In this document: positions 20,328-31,178 of the stretch, one piece after another | How positions within the stretch are numbered: the stretch's first letter is position 1 | How the letters are laid out: every line of letters begins with the position of its first letter | Assembly (NCBI GenBank): GCA_964571255.1 | Contig: CAZNAA010000001.1 | Coordinates: 702,230 to 766,229 of the forward strand | Reading direction: 5' to 3' | From: an uncultured Gammaproteobacteria bacterium | GTDB taxonomy: Bacteria > Patescibacteriota > Microgenomatia > Levybacterales > UBA12049 | Length of the DNA stretch: 64,000 bases | Notes under the pieces: model-generated | What the model was told of the DNA's origin: nothing | The model's input: the letters and a program-made list of their open reading frames with translations, nothing else | Databases searched by the model: none | Made by a program: the position numbers and the translations under genes

Positions 20328-20878
20328 TATTTTCCTCCTACAGCTTTAGCTGCTTTTCCTGCTTTTCGTCTAATTCGTTCTGTTGAATATTTAATTCCTT
20401 TTCCTTTATATGGTTCAGGTTTTTTAAAGTCTCTAATTTTTGCAGCTGCTTCACCAACGTCTTCAATCCGTATTCCTGAAACAATAATATTGTTTTCAAC
20501 TACTGCAATTTTTACTCCCTCTCGTGGAGTGAATTTCACTGGATGAGAGAACCCTAGAGAAAGAACTAAGGTTTCTCCTTGCATCTGAGCTCTATAACCT
20601 ACTCCAACGAGTTCTAGTTTTTTTTCAAATCCGACTGTTACTCCTTTGACTAAATTGTTTAAAAGAGCTCGAGTTAATCCATACATCGCTTTTTGTGTAA
20701 AGTCATCTTCATTTTCCATGACTACTCGAACAATATTGTCCTCAAGTAAAACCTTCATTCCTGATGGAATAGTCATTCCAAGCTGTCCTTTAAGACCTGA
20801 AACACTCACCTGTTTTCCATCAAGAGTAACAGTAGTGCCAGGTTCAAGTGTAATAGGAAGTTTTCCAATTTTAGACAT
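20327..20878 (-). CDS. rplF: 50S ribosomal protein L6
   Basis: MSKIGKLPI, GVGYRA, PEPYKGKGI. Confidence 0.97.
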   Translation of the reverse strand: MSKIGKLPITLEPGTTVTLDGKQVSVSGLKGQLGMTIPSGMKVLLEDNIVRVVMENEDDFTQKAMYGLTRALLNNLVKGVTVGFEKKLELVGVGYRAQMQGETLVLSLGFSHPVKFTPREGVKIAVVENNIIVSGIRIEDVGEAAAKIRDFKKPEPYKGKGIKYSTERIRRKAGKAAKAVGGK

Positions 20879-20884
20879 ATAGTT

Positions 20885-21274
20885 TTACCAAACTTCAAAA
20901 AGAAGTTCTCCTCCAATTCCTTTTTTCGATGCATCTTTTCCAGTCATAACTCCTTGACTCGTGGTTAAAATACTCACCAATGATCTTTTTTGAGGAGTAC
21001 GAAGTCCTTTAGTATCGGTATACACTCGTAGCGATGGTTTTGAAACAATCGTTACATTATTGACAACAGGTTTTCGTCTGACATATCGAAGTTGTGCCTT
21101 AATTCCTCTTTTCCCATCAACTTCATTTTCACTTACCTCTGCAAGAAATCCTTCTTTAACAAGGACCTTTCCAATAGACAAAATAAGTTTTGAATAGGGC
21201 ATAGATACCTCATGACGACGAGCCATTGAAGCATTTTTAATTTTAATAATAAAGTCTGATACTAAATAATTCAT
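20885..21274 (-). CDS. rpsH: 30S ribosomal protein S8
   Basis: SKPSLRVY, TTSQGVMT, GGELL. Confidence 0.97.
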   Translation of the reverse strand: MNYLVSDFIIKIKNASMARRHEVSMPYSKLILSIGKVLVKEGFLAEVSENEVDGKRGIKAQLRYVRRKPVVNNVTIVSKPSLRVYTDTKGLRTPQKRSLVSILTTSQGVMTGKDASKKGIGGELLFEVW

Positions 21275-21278
21275 ATAT

Positions 21279-21464
21279 TTACCAACTTGCCTTAAAAATT
21301 CCTGGCAATTCCCCCTTCATTGCTCGCTCTCTAAAACACATTCTGCATAGTCCGAATCGACGAATAAAAGCACGAGATCTTCCACAAATTCCACATCTAT
21401 TTACCATTCGAACGGTAAATTTCTGTTTTTTATTAAATTTCGCAATATCTGATGTTTTTGCCAT
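21279..21464 (-). CDS. rpsN: 30S ribosomal protein S14, Zn-binding type
   Basis: RCGICGR..CRMCFRE..GELPG..KASW. Confidence 0.95.
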   Translation of the reverse strand: MAKTSDIAKFNKKQKFTVRMVNRCGICGRSRAFIRRFGLCRMCFRERAMKGELPGIFKASW

Positions 21465-21506
21465 AGTGTTATTATACCCTAGAGTACAGCCTCAAACAAG
21501 CCTGTA

Positions 21507-22061
21507 TTACTTACTAGCCCCTTTCTCAAAAGGCATCCCCAAAATTGTTAAAAGAGCCCTTCCTTCGGTGTTATCTCTTGCACTCGTTACAATCACAATC
21601 TCAACTCCTTGTGCTCTTTCAACTGTTGTTGGATCAATTTCAGGAAATACGGTATATTCAGTAAAGCCAATGGAATAGTTTCCTCGTCCATCAAAACTAT
21701 TTACTTTTACTCCTCTGAAGTCTTTGAGTCGTGGAAGAACTACGTTTACAAATTTTTCGTAGAATGAATACATTCTTTTTCCTCGAAGTGTTACAGAAGC
21801 TCCAATAGCGTCTCCTTGGCGAAGCTTGAAACTAGCAATAGACTTTTTAGACTTATTGACTCGTGGATGCTGTCCAGTTACTACTTCCAAAACTTTAACT
21901 GCTCTTTCTACATTTTTCTTATCTCCCACTGCATCTTTAATTCCCATATTAATGACAATTTTCTCCAAATGAGGAATAGCCATAGGATTTTTAATCTTTA
22001 GCTCATCTTGAAGTTTGGCTGATAGAGTCTTTTTAAACTGATCGTATAGTGTTGTATCCAT
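21507..22061 (-). CDS. rplE: 50S ribosomal protein L5
   Basis: KIVINMG, KKSIASFKLR, FDGRGNY; start trimmed to MDTT. Confidence 0.97.
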   Translation of the reverse strand: MDTTLYDQFKKTLSAKLQDELKIKNPMAIPHLEKIVINMGIKDAVGDKKNVERAVKVLEVVTGQHPRVNKSKKSIASFKLRQGDAIGASVTLRGKRMYSFYEKFVNVVLPRLKDFRGVKVNSFDGRGNYSIGFTEYTVFPEIDPTTVERAQGVEIVIVTSARDNTEGRALLTILGMPFEKGASK

Positions 22062-22065
22062 AATT

Positions 22066-22371
22066 TTAAATTTTTGCGCTACATTTTTTACAAATTCTAA
22101 CCTTTTTGTCTTTCTCCATAACATATCCTACTCTTGTTTGCTTTTTGCATTTTGGACAAATCAAAGCAATTGCAGCCAATGGAAGTGGCTTAGTAATGAT
22201 TTTAATCTCAGACTTTTGATTTGCATTCCGAGCTTTAACATGTTTTTTGTATTCATTCACTCCAGGAATAAGAACCTTATCCAGTTTTGCAAATACTTGC
22301 TCAACAGTTCCTTCTTGTCCTTTGTTTTTTCCAGAAACGATTTTAATGTGATCTCCTTTTATTAATTTCAT
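22066..22371 (-). CDS. rplX: 50S ribosomal protein L24
   Basis: KOW motif KGDHIKIVSGKNKG. Confidence 0.95.
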   Translation of the reverse strand: MKLIKGDHIKIVSGKNKGQEGTVEQVFAKLDKVLIPGVNEYKKHVKARNANQKSEIKIITKPLPLAAIALICPKCKKQTRVGYVMEKDKKVRICKKCSAKI

Positions 22372-22375
22372 ATTT

Positions 22376-22750
22376 TTATACTACCTCTGGTGCCATACTC
22401 GCAATTTTCATAAATCCAGCATCTCGTACTTCTCGAGAGATTGGTCCAAAAATACGAGTTCCTTTTGGATTCTTATCTTTCGCATTATCAATAACTACAG
22501 CTGCATTATCAGAAAACCGAATATATGACCCGTCTGATCTTTTATGTTCTTTTCGAGTTCGAACGACAACTGCTTTTACCATCTCTCCCTCTTTTACTGT
22601 TCCATGAGGAATCGCTTGTTTCACAACGCAGTTTATCACGTCACCAACTCGACCAAATTTATGCCTAGATCCTCCGTACACTTGAATTACCATCAAGATG
22701 CGTGCTCCGGAGTTATCGGCAGCTGTTAACATACTTCTGTGTTGAATCAT
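22376..22750 (-). CDS. rplN: 50S ribosomal protein L14
   Basis: [25 protein letters not shown]. Confidence 0.97.
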   Translation of the reverse strand: MIQHRSMLTAADNSGARILMVIQVYGGSRHKFGRVGDVINCVVKQAIPHGTVKEGEMVKAVVVRTRKEHKRSDGSYIRFSDNAAVVIDNAKDKNPKGTRIFGPISREVRDAGFMKIASMAPEVV

Positions 22751-22751
22751 A

Positions 22752-22988
22752 TTACTTTTCCTCTCCTCCTTTGAGTTTGAAATATTTGTCTTTTGACATT
22801 TTTCGAGTTTCCACAATAGAAACTTGTTGTCCAATTACTACATCCATTCCTGCTGGATCTACTTTGAACTTTTTACTTTTCTTCATCAGTTTTTTATACA
22901 ACGGATGAGGAGTTCGTCGAGTTACTTCCACCACAATGGTGTTTTGCATACTGGTTGAGGTTACTACCCCTTGTAATACTTTAGGCAT
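22752..22988 (-). CDS. rpsQ: 30S ribosomal protein S17
   Basis: GVVTS..M..TIVV, HPLYKK, ETRKMSK. Confidence 0.95.
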   Translation of the reverse strand: MPKVLQGVVTSTSMQNTIVVEVTRRTPHPLYKKLMKKSKKFKVDPAGMDVVIGQQVSIVETRKMSKDKYFKLKGGEEK

Positions 22989-23190
22989 TCTGACTCATCT
23001 CCTTTCCTCTTTTAATCGTTAAGATAATAGCTAATTTGTCTTTCATACGATCTAGATACGTTGTATTCTTTAGCTTCATTTGTGCTTTTTCAAGCCGCAT
23101 ATCAGCAATTGATTGTCTTACTTCCTTTACTAATCCAACTAGTTCTGGAATTGTTTTTGTATGTAAGTCTTGTACGTCTCTTTTTTTCAT
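22981..23190 (-). CDS. rpmC: 50S ribosomal protein L29
   Basis: Position between rplP and rpsQ; helical L29 pattern. Confidence 0.9.
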   Translation of the reverse strand: MKKRDVQDLHTKTIPELVGLVKEVRQSIADMRLEKAQMKLKNTTYLDRMKDKLAIILTIKRGKEMSQNA

Positions 23191-23192
23191 AG

Positions 23193-23609
23193 TTATATTG
23201 TTCTCATTTTTGAGATAATTTTCGTTTTTACTGGTAACTTGTGAGATGCAAGACGCAATGCTTCCATTGCTGTTTCATATGTCACTCCACCCATTTCAAA
23301 CAACACTCTGCCACTCTTTACTGGAGCAACGAACTCATGCACATCTCCTTTGCCTCCACCCATTCTTACCTCTGGTGGTTTTTTCGTGATTGGCTTATCT
23401 GGAAAAATCCGAATCCAAAGTCTTCCTCCTCGAGCCGTAAAGTGAGTAATTGCACGTCGTGCTGACTCAATTTGTCGACTTGAAATCCATCCCATTTCTT
23501 CAGCAACTAACGCCATGTCTCCATAGGCAAACTCCATCCCTCGTGTTGCAACACCTTTCATACTGCCTCTCATTTGTTTTCGATATTTTACTCTTCTTGG
23601 TGTTAACAT
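23193..23609 (-). CDS. rplP: 50S ribosomal protein L16
   Basis: [24 protein letters not shown]. Confidence 0.97.
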   Translation of the reverse strand: MLTPRRVKYRKQMRGSMKGVATRGMEFAYGDMALVAEEMGWISSRQIESARRAITHFTARGGRLWIRIFPDKPITKKPPEVRMGGGKGDVHEFVAPVKSGRVLFEMGGVTYETAMEALRLASHKLPVKTKIISKMRTI

Positions 23610-23612
23610 ATA

Positions 23613-24260
23613 TTATTTCTCCTCTGGAGCATTAATCCAGACTTTTACTCCAATGTATCCTTTTTTTGTTAATGCAGGATAACTTGCATACACAATATTT
23701 TCTCTAATCGTTGAGAGAGGAACGGTTCCTTGTTGGATTTTTTCCCGTCTTCCAATCTCTGCTCCTGCAATTCTTCCAGCAAGGGCAATTCGAACTCCTT
23801 TGGCTCCTGCACTCATTACTCTATCTGCTGATTGTACTAACACTCGTTTGTAAGGCAAACGACGAATCAGCATATCAGCAACGTTTTTTGCAACCAATGT
23901 CGCGTCCAAGTTTGGCTCTTTCACTGGTTCAATCTTTATCTCAACCTTTGGCAAAAACTTCTTTCCTGCTTTGGTCATGAAAAAACTCATAATGACTCTT
24001 TTCAACTCTTCAATACCACTTCCACCTCGTCCAATAACGATTCCAGGCTTAGCAACGTGAATGAGAATCTTAACAGTATTAATTGATCTCTCAATCTCAA
24101 CTTTAGCTACTCCTGCATTTTGGAGCCTATCTACTAACATCTTTCGAAGTTGGTAGTCCTCAAGTACTGTTTTGTTATATCCTCTTTCGTTAAACCATCT
24201 ACTTTGCCAAGTAGTAGTGGTATTTAATCTAAAAACTAATGCATTTACCTTATGTCCCAT
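23613..24260 (-). CDS. rpsC: 30S ribosomal protein S3
   Basis: MGHKV, PGIVIGRGG, GRIAGAEI, GVKVWI. Confidence 0.97.
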   Translation of the reverse strand: MGHKVNALVFRLNTTTTWQSRWFNERGYNKTVLEDYQLRKMLVDRLQNAGVAKVEIERSINTVKILIHVAKPGIVIGRGGSGIEELKRVIMSFFMTKAGKKFLPKVEIKIEPVKEPNLDATLVAKNVADMLIRRLPYKRVLVQSADRVMSAGAKGVRIALAGRIAGAEIGRREKIQQGTVPLSTIRENIVYASYPALTKKGYIGVKVWINAPEEK

Positions 24261-24262
24261 AT

Positions 24263-24598
24263 TTATTTATTGTCTCCAACGATTATTCGAATATGTGTCA
24301 TTCTTTTTTTATATGGATAGACTCTTCCTCGCGTTGCTGGATGGAATCTTTTAAGAGATGGTCCTTCCATAATATCCACTGCAAGTAGTTTCAGCGCGCT
24401 TTTATCAGCCTGTGCGTTATTTACTGCATTCGCAACAGCACTCTCAATTGTTTTAATAAGAGGAGTTGCACCTCTTCGTGAAACCATAGAAAGCGTTGTT
24501 AAGGCTTGCTCAATACTTGCTCCACGAATCGTATCAGCAATATATCTTACCTTTCTTGGACTTACTGGTACTGATTTTGAAACTGCTTGTGCTTTCAT
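24263..24598 (-). CDS. rplV: 50S ribosomal protein L22
   Basis: SPRKVR, SAVANA, GPSLKR. Confidence 0.97.
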   Translation of the reverse strand: MKAQAVSKSVPVSPRKVRYIADTIRGASIEQALTTLSMVSRRGATPLIKTIESAVANAVNNAQADKSALKLLAVDIMEGPSLKRFHPATRGRVYPYKKRMTHIRIIVGDNK

Positions 24599-24605
24599 AT
24601 TCTTT

Positions 24606-24890
24606 TTATGTCTTAGTAATCTCTCGAGCTACGATTCTTCCGTGTGTTCTAAAGGTTCTTGTCAAAGCAAATTCTCCTAATCTGTGTCCAACCATTGATT
24701 CAGAAACAGAAACATTAATATGCACTCGTCCGTTATGAACTCCAAAGATATGCCCAACAAACTCTGGTGGGATTTGACAAGCTCTTGCCCACGTTTTGAT
24801 AACAGAATTATCTCCTGATTCTTTTTGCTTCAAAACTTTTTTCAAAAGTCTTTGATCAATATATGGTCCTTTTTTACTACTTCTACTCAT
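24606..24890 (-). CDS. rpsS: 30S ribosomal protein S19
   Basis: [22 protein letters not shown]. Confidence 0.97.
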   Translation of the reverse strand: MSRSSKKGPYIDQRLLKKVLKQKESGDNSVIKTWARACQIPPEFVGHIFGVHNGRVHINVSVSESMVGHRLGEFALTRTFRTHGRIVAREITKT

Positions 24891-25633
24891 TATTTCTTCT
24901 TTCTCCCTTGCAGGATATATTTATTCGAATATTTCTTTGGTCGTCGTCTCTTTCCAACAGCTGATGAACCAGCGTAGTTTTTCGGTGTTGGCATACCAAT
25001 TCCACTTCGTCCTTCTCCTCCTCCATGAGGATGAGATCTTGGATTCATCGCTACTCCTCGGACACTTGGCCGTCTCCCCATATGGCGAGCTCTTCCAGCT
25101 GAGCCTATCTCTTCGTTTTTCCAATCAACATTTCCAACTTGTCCAATGGTTGCATATCCTGTTGCAAATACTTTTCTCATTTCCCCAGATGGTAATTTCA
25201 AGTGAATATACTTTCCATCATGTGCTGAAACAACAGCTGCTGTTCCTGCTCCTCGAGCAAGTTGTCCACCTTTTCCAGGAGTGAGCTCAACATTATGTAC
25301 AACTGTTCCAACTGGAATTTTCTCAAGAGGAAGGGCATTCCCCACCTGAATCGTTGCCTCTTCTCCTGCTACTATTGTAGCAGCTACTCCAAGTCCCACT
25401 GGAGCTAAGATATATCTTTTTTCTCCATCAGGATAGAAAATAAGGGCAATATCACACGTTCTGTTTGGATCGTATTCAATTGCTGAGACTACTCCTTGGA
25501 TATCTCGTTTGTTTCTCTTAAAGTCAATCAGGCGAATATATCTCTTGTGCTCTCCACCCCGGTGTCTAACCACTACTTGTCCAGAAGAGTTTCTTCCTGT
25601 TAATTTTCTTTTTATTACCTTTAAGTTGTTCAT
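24890..25633 (-). CDS. rplB: 50S ribosomal protein L2 (N-terminally short)
   Basis: [23 protein letters not shown]. Confidence 0.97.
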   Translation of the reverse strand: MNNLKVIKRKLTGRNSSGQVVVRHRGGEHKRYIRLIDFKRNKRDIQGVVSAIEYDPNRTCDIALIFYPDGEKRYILAPVGLGVAATIVAGEEATIQVGNALPLEKIPVGTVVHNVELTPGKGGQLARGAGTAAVVSAHDGKYIHLKLPSGEMRKVFATGYATIGQVGNVDWKNEEIGSAGRARHMGRRPSVRGVAMNPRSHPHGGGEGRSGIGMPTPKNYAGSSAVGKRRRPKKYSNKYILQGRKKK

Positions 25634-25665
25634 AGTATCAAATTTTCTCCTTTAAATCAAAATTT

Positions 25666-25947
25666 TTACTCAGATAGACTAAATAAGTTAATCGTTTGTC
25701 CCTCTTTAAGCATGACACTGACCTTTTTTACTGGCATCACGTCTACCTTTGTTCTTCTTTGTCCCACTCGTTTTGTTTTTCCTTTTCGAGTAGTTGAGGT
25801 GATTCCTGTAACAGTTACTCCAAATTGCTTCTCAATTGTTTTTTTAATTGCTTCTTTTCGAGAAGAAACTGGAACAACAAAGGTATAGTTTCTTTTTCCT
25901 GCCTCATTCATTGATTTTTCAGTAATAACTGGTTTAATAAACATCAT
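25666..25947 (-). CDS. rplW: 50S ribosomal protein L23
   Basis: PVITEKS, KGKTKR. Confidence 0.95.
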   Translation of the reverse strand: MMFIKPVITEKSMNEAGKRNYTFVVPVSSRKEAIKKTIEKQFGVTVTGITSTTRKGKTKRVGQRRTKVDVMPVKKVSVMLKEGQTINLFSLSE

Positions 25948-26624
25948 TACGATTGTCCTCCTGCAATTCGCTTTTCCAAACTTTCCAATGCTTCTTTCAT
26001 GAGAATTATTTTTTTGGCATTAATAATGTCATAACTAGTTACGTCCATGACACTAAAACACAGTACATTTTCCATATTTCGAACCCCTCTATAGACTCCT
26101 TTAGCACCAGCTGGAGTTAGAACAAGTGTTCGTCCCCTGGAATCTGAAAGTTTGCTAAAAAGAGTAACGTATGCCTTTGTTTTTGCTTCTATTTCTCCGA
26201 TTCCTTCAACTACTTTCACATTCTCAACAATACTACTAAAAGCGCTTTGAAGAGCTTTTTTTCTCATAACTTTAGATAGAGATTGTTCAAACTCCCGCTG
26301 GTGTGGTCCATGAGCTACTCCTCCTTTAACAAAGATAGGAGCTGACTTTGCACCATGTCGAGCTCGTCCTGTTCCTTTTTGACGATACCATTTAGCTTTA
26401 GTCATATTAATTTCTCCTCGTGTTTTGGTATCAAGAGTTCCTTGACGCTGATTGACCAAATAAATTTGGATTGCCTGTTTTAGGAGAGATTTATTGACAC
26501 TTTGTCCAAAAACACTTTCAGGAAGCACTACTGTTCCCGCTTTCTCACCAGTTACACTAAATACATCTACACTTAAGTGATTCGTTGTTGCTTTAGCTGT
26601 TTTTGCTGTAATTGATTTTGCCAT
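25947..26624 (-). CDS. rplD: 50S ribosomal protein L4
   Basis: RQKGTGRARHG, GGVAHGP. Confidence 0.97.
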   Translation of the reverse strand: MAKSITAKTAKATTNHLSVDVFSVTGEKAGTVVLPESVFGQSVNKSLLKQAIQIYLVNQRQGTLDTKTRGEINMTKAKWYRQKGTGRARHGAKSAPIFVKGGVAHGPHQREFEQSLSKVMRKKALQSAFSSIVENVKVVEGIGEIEAKTKAYVTLFSKLSDSRGRTLVLTPAGAKGVYRGVRNMENVLCFSVMDVTSYDIINAKKIILMKEALESLEKRIAGGQS

Positions 26625-26626
26625 AT

Positions 26627-27541
26627 TTATTTACCTTCCTCAGTTTCTTCACTTTTTACTTCTTCAGGGGATGCGACGTCTTCACTTACTGGTGTTTCAT
26701 CAGCCACTTCAACCGTTTGCTCAAGAGGAGCTACTGCTTCCTCAGAAACAACTGCTTCCGTATTTTCTTCAATAGGAGCTTCCTCCACTTTTGTTTTCTC
26801 AGCAATTGCTTGAGACTGTGCATCTATTTTGGCTTGCTCTGCTTCTTCTTGAAGTCTTTTCTGCTCAGCTACTTCTGCTTCCTCACTCGTTGGTTGCAAC
26901 GGAACAAATTGCTTATCTTCCCCGATTTTTGTGACAATCACCATACTGTTTTTGACTCCTGGTACTAGTCCATCAATCAAAAGAAGCTTGGCAACAGGAT
27001 CCATTCCGACAATCGTCAGATTTTTAACGGTTATTGTATCTTGTCCCATGCGTCCTGCCATTCTTTTTCCTTTATATACTCGTCCTGGAGTGGTTGTTTG
27101 TCCAATAGATCCAGGATGTCTCTCTCTATCTGATTGTCCGTGAGTTCGAGGTCCACCTCGAAAATTATGACGTTTTACTACTCCGGCAAATCCTTTTCCT
27201 TTTGAAACTCCTGTTACTTGAACTTTATCTCCTGGTTGGAAAACAGTATCAACAGCTACAGTTGTTCCGACAAGATCAGTTTGAACATCAGCCATTCGGA
27301 ACTCTTTTAAATGATAAGACACAGTGTCAAACTGTGCCTTTTTTGCGTTTCCGAGTGCAGCTTTACTTGGGTTTTTCTTTGTCCCAAGTCCCATCTGGAG
27401 TGCGGTATATCCGTGAAGATCCTGGGTCTTAACGCCAGTTATACGGTTATCATCAATTTTAATAACAGTCACAGGTGTACGTTTCCCGTTTTGCAGGAAG
27501 CGCTGTGTCTGTATTTGTTTAATTCCAAGTAATGTGTTCAT
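26627..27541 (-). CDS. rplC: 50S ribosomal protein L3 with long acidic C-terminal extension
   Basis: SKGKGFAGVVKRHNF, PGSIG, KGKRMAG. Confidence 0.97.
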   Translation of the reverse strand: MNTLLGIKQIQTQRFLQNGKRTPVTVIKIDDNRITGVKTQDLHGYTALQMGLGTKKNPSKAALGNAKKAQFDTVSYHLKEFRMADVQTDLVGTTVAVDTVFQPGDKVQVTGVSKGKGFAGVVKRHNFRGGPRTHGQSDRERHPGSIGQTTTPGRVYKGKRMAGRMGQDTITVKNLTIVGMDPVAKLLLIDGLVPGVKNSMVIVTKIGEDKQFVPLQPTSEEAEVAEQKRLQEEAEQAKIDAQSQAIAEKTKVEEAPIEENTEAVVSEEAVAPLEQTVEVADETPVSEDVASPEEVKSEETEEGK

Positions 27542-27546
27542 AATAC

Positions 27547-27572
27547 AAAAAAAGATAGCTATAAGAGCTATC
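27547..27572 (-). promoter_or_regulatory. Hairpin plus U7 directly upstream of rplC (attenuator-like or leader element)
   Basis: Minus strand GATAGCT-CTTAT-AGCTATC-TTTTTTT, then 5 nt to the ATG. Confidence 0.5.
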
Positions 27573-27665
27573 CTCCATGAGTTTATCCCTTAATAGGCAA
27601 TGTTTTACATTTTTACTAATATATAATATTCTTTGGGCATCTACGTAATGAAAATGCAACTTCCG

Positions 27666-27974
27666 TTACATTTTGATCTCAATATCAACTCCCGCTGGTA
27701 GCTCCAAATGTGTTAAACTGTCAATTGTTTTATCTGTTGGACTGACGATATCGATGAGCCTTTTATGGATTCGAATCTCGAAATGGTCTCGTGCATTTTT
27801 ATCAACAAAGGGAGATCTGTTTACTGCAAAGACACTTCGATCTGTGGGGAGAGGTACGGGTCCCACAATTTTAGCTCCGGTACGTATCGCCGTATCAAGG
27901 ATTTGTTGACAACACGAATCTATGACTCGTGCATCGTAACTTTTGAGTTTTACTCTAATTCTTCCTTTTGGCAT
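27666..27974 (-). CDS. rpsJ: 30S ribosomal protein S10
   Basis: [30 protein letters not shown]. Confidence 0.97.
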   Translation of the reverse strand: MPKGRIRVKLKSYDARVIDSCCQQILDTAIRTGAKIVGPVPLPTDRSVFAVNRSPFVDKNARDHFEIRIHKRLIDIVSPTDKTIDSLTHLELPAGVDIEIKM

Positions 27975-28000
27975 AATTCCAACAGACTGTTAAAGAACAC

Positions 28001-29179
28001 TTATTTAATGATCTTAGTAATCACTCCAGCTCCAACCGTTCTTCCACCTTCGCGGATAGCAAATCGGAGTCCTTCTTCAAGCGCTACTGGGACAATCAGT
28101 TGCACTACCATTTTAATACTATCTCCTGGCATTACCATTTCAACACCTTGTGGGAGAGTAGCACTTCCAGTTACATCAGTTGTTCGGATATAGAATTGTG
28201 GTCTGTATCCTGAGAAGAATGGAGTATGACGTCCGCCTTCTTCTTTCGTTAAGATATATACTTCAGCATCAAAATCAGTATGAGGAGTAATACTTCCTGG
28301 TTTTGCCAATACTTGTCCACGCTCTACTTGATCTTTTTCAACTCCTCGAAGAAGAAGTCCTACATTATCTCCAGCTTGTCCTTCGTCAAGTTGTTTTCTA
28401 AACATCTCAACTCCAGTAACAACAGTTGACTTGGTTTCAGTCATTCCAACGATTTCAATAGTTTCGTTTACTTTAACTACTCCTCTTTCAATTCTTCCTG
28501 TTACTACTGTTCCTCGTCCTTTGATTGAGAAAACATCCTCAACAGGCATTAAGAATGGTTTATCAAGTGCTCGAACTGGTGTTGGGACATAGTCGTCAAC
28601 AGCCTGCATGAGATCAAGAATCTTTTGTTCATATTCAGCATCTCCTTCAAGTGCTTTGAGTGAAGATCCGCGAATAATTGGAACGTCATCTCCTGGGTAT
28701 TTGTATTTTGTAAGAAGTTCTCGAACTTCCATTTCAACCAAATCCAAGAGTTCTGGATCATCAACCATATCGCATTTGTTAAGATAAACAACAATTGCAG
28801 GAACTCCAACCTGATAGGCAAGAAGAATGTGTTCTCGTGTTTGAGGCATAGGTCCATCTGGTGCTGAAACAACTAAAATTGCTCCGTCCATCTGTGCTGC
28901 TCCTGTAATCATGTTTTTGATATAGTCAGCGTGTCCTGGAGCATCGATATGGGCATAATGTCTGGTAGCTGTTTCGTATTCGTTGTGAGAAATGTTAATG
29001 GTGACTCCACGAGCTCTTTCTTCTGGGGCGTTATCAATATCTTCGTATTTTTTAGCTTCTGCCATTCCTGACTTTGCAAGAACAGTCGTGATAGCTGCTG
29101 TTGTTGTAGTTTTTCCATGATCGACGTGACCGATGGTACCGATATTTACGTGTGGTTTGGTTCGATTAAATGTTGCCAT
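28001..29179 (-). CDS. tuf: Elongation factor Tu
   Basis: [31 protein letters not shown]. Confidence 0.99.
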   Translation of the reverse strand: MATFNRTKPHVNIGTIGHVDHGKTTTTAAITTVLAKSGMAEAKKYEDIDNAPEERARGVTINISHNEYETATRHYAHIDAPGHADYIKNMITGAAQMDGAILVVSAPDGPMPQTREHILLAYQVGVPAIVVYLNKCDMVDDPELLDLVEMEVRELLTKYKYPGDDVPIIRGSSLKALEGDAEYEQKILDLMQAVDDYVPTPVRALDKPFLMPVEDVFSIKGRGTVVTGRIERGVVKVNETIEIVGMTETKSTVVTGVEMFRKQLDEGQAGDNVGLLLRGVEKDQVERGQVLAKPGSITPHTDFDAEVYILTKEEGGRHTPFFSGYRPQFYIRTTDVTGSATLPQGVEMVMPGDSIKMVVQLIVPVALEEGLRFAIREGGRTVGAGVITKIIK

Positions 29180-29225
29180 AGTTTTTCAAAAAATAAACTC
29201 ACGAATCATTCATGAGATTGATGTA

Positions 29226-29254
29226 ATGATACTACATTTTCTATTTAGCGTCAA
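29226..29254 (-). promoter_or_regulatory. sigma70-like promoter of tuf
   Basis: Minus strand TTGACG-N17-TATCAT. Confidence 0.55.
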
Positions 29255-29290
29255 TACCCTACTTCTAGAAGAAATATGTGTGAATTAGCT

Positions 29291-30367
29291 TCAGAAATAA
29301 GTGAATGCCCAGTAAGAAAAATTATTAACTCCATATTTTTGAAGCCAAGATTGTTTCTCTTTTACTGAATGATGATCTTCAAGCCAAATAATATGTTTTT
29401 TGCTTCCTAATGTATAGGTAACTTTTGTTTCTTCAGAATCTGAGTCTTTCAAGACAATGCAGCTACTACAATCGAGATACTTCTGCGTTATGACATTAGT
29501 ACTTAAGGCAACCCCTGCTTTGACTGTCTTGTTCTCTTCGTTTACTTCCCAATCGTATCCAAAATATCCAAAAGCAATATTGATCTTCTCAAGTGGCATT
29601 ATTTTTTGAGCATCTATTATTAGTTCTTTAAAATCATAGCCATATACTTCCCCTCCTGTTAATGGAAAGTTTGGTCCTGGATTTCCACTGGCTTTATGAA
29701 AATCATACGCCATAAAAATAACCTTATCACTCACTTTGGCTATGTCTTTAACATTAAAGGGACGGGGACGATAAAAAACGTCACCATACAGGGCTGTATA
29801 GAATTTCAAATTATCTTTTTTTGTTTTTTCTGAAAAAAAAGTCGTTAATGAAGTTACTTGCGTTATTAATGAGTCAAATGGAAAGACACTGTGTTCCAAA
29901 TCTAGTACTATTCCCTTCATTCCTCGTTCTTTGACAAGAGTTAAAGCTGAGTCAATCAGCTTTTCTTGCTCTCGTTTATTCTCAAGTATCTTTGTATTCT
30001 GCTCCCGATTTAGCATTCGAATCACAAGAAGTGACTTTTCTGGCTCTACATAACGAAGAAAGGAAGGAAGACGAGTATATCCTTCATCCGTCTGATCTAT
30101 GCCACTTTTTCCTGGAGTAACACCAAAGTAATAGTATTCTTCATACTTTTCATCTTTCAGACTAGAGCTAATTGTCCAGTAAGGGACAAAGACTGATTCG
30201 TACTTTGTTGTGAGGTTTTTTTCAGACAAAGAAGGAGAGTAAAAAGGGGTTGAAGGAAGTGAAATTCGCAAGTCAGATTTTATCTTTTGCTTAGCATAAA
30301 TTAGTCCATAATAAGTTCCTCCAAGAAAAAGGACAATAAGTATAATAAAAGAAATAAATTTTCTCAT
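29291..30367 (-). CDS. Membrane-anchored glycoside hydrolase family 18-like protein
   Basis: N-terminal TM, GIVLDLE (DxE), MAYDFH, FGYDW, IWLED, C-terminal SYW. Confidence 0.8.
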   Translation of the reverse strand: MRKFISFIILIVLFLGGTYYGLIYAKQKIKSDLRISLPSTPFYSPSLSEKNLTTKYESVFVPYWTISSSLKDEKYEEYYYFGVTPGKSGIDQTDEGYTRLPSFLRYVEPEKSLLVIRMLNREQNTKILENKREQEKLIDSALTLVKERGMKGIVLDLEHSVFPFDSLITQVTSLTTFFSEKTKKDNLKFYTALYGDVFYRPRPFNVKDIAKVSDKVIFMAYDFHKASGNPGPNFPLTGGEVYGYDFKELIIDAQKIMPLEKINIAFGYFGYDWEVNEENKTVKAGVALSTNVITQKYLDCSSCIVLKDSDSEETKVTYTLGSKKHIIWLEDHHSVKEKQSWLQKYGVNNFSYWAFTYF

Positions 30368-31137
30368 TTATTGTAATGGTTCAGCAAACGTGCTTTCGGT
30401 GAGTGAAAGGAATTTTGCTCAAAAAACACTGGTTTCTCAGCAGAAATTTCTTGAAATTTACTCTCGTTTTTAGCACAAACTAAAAGAGAATTCATCCTAC
30501 GTTTTTCTTCAAACTCTCCTATTCCAACTAATTTCATCTCAAGCCCAGACAAAATACCAGAAACAGAATGTGCATACCAAGGAACTCTGTGGAATCGGCT
30601 TGTAAGAATCTGTGATACAGCAGGGATAAGAGGCCTATCAATCACTGCCATAGCTAACCCATCCTCTGACAATACTCTACGCAAGCTATTTCCTGTAGCT
30701 TTTAATTGTTCAGGATTCATAAACATAAACGTGAAATCAAAGACACCTATATCAAGACTATTATCAGGAAATTCATCTGACAGCTGTTCTAAAGAAGTTT
30801 GAGTTGGAAAAACGTTTGAAATAAATTTATCTTTTTGCCATCCATCTATTGCATCAACAGGTTTTTCATTTTTATCAACAACAAAATACCCATCATTTGG
30901 ATTAGGATGATTGCGTTGAGCAAATGCAATAAAAGAAGAAAGGGCTTGGATATTTGGAAAGAACCCTCCAAGAAGCCAATTTAGCTGTGTTGGAGGCAGT
31001 GGTAACTTGTTGCGTTCTAAGACCTGTTTTAAGCCTGCTTGATACGCATATTCGTTCGTTTCGAAACTTACTAACTCATATTTCCCACCAATAGTATAAT
31101 ATGCCTCCCAATTCGTATCCATAATTTTCTTATACAA
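30364..31137 (-). CDS. Hypothetical protein, possible degenerate methyltransferase fold
   Basis: FPDNSLDIGV and LRRVLSEDG resemble Methyltransf_11 motifs; start uncertain (31122?). Confidence 0.45.
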   Translation of the reverse strand: MYKKIMDTNWEAYYTIGGKYELVSFETNEYAYQAGLKQVLERNKLPLPPTQLNWLLGGFFPNIQALSSFIAFAQRNHPNPNDGYFVVDKNEKPVDAIDGWQKDKFISNVFPTQTSLEQLSDEFPDNSLDIGVFDFTFMFMNPEQLKATGNSLRRVLSEDGLAMAVIDRPLIPAVSQILTSRFHRVPWYAHSVSGILSGLEMKLVGIGEFEEKRRMNSLLVCAKNESKFQEISAEKPVFFEQNSFHSPKARLLNHYNK

Positions 31138-31178
31138 GAAATGAGAGAGAATAACAAGAAATTGAGGATATACGAAGC

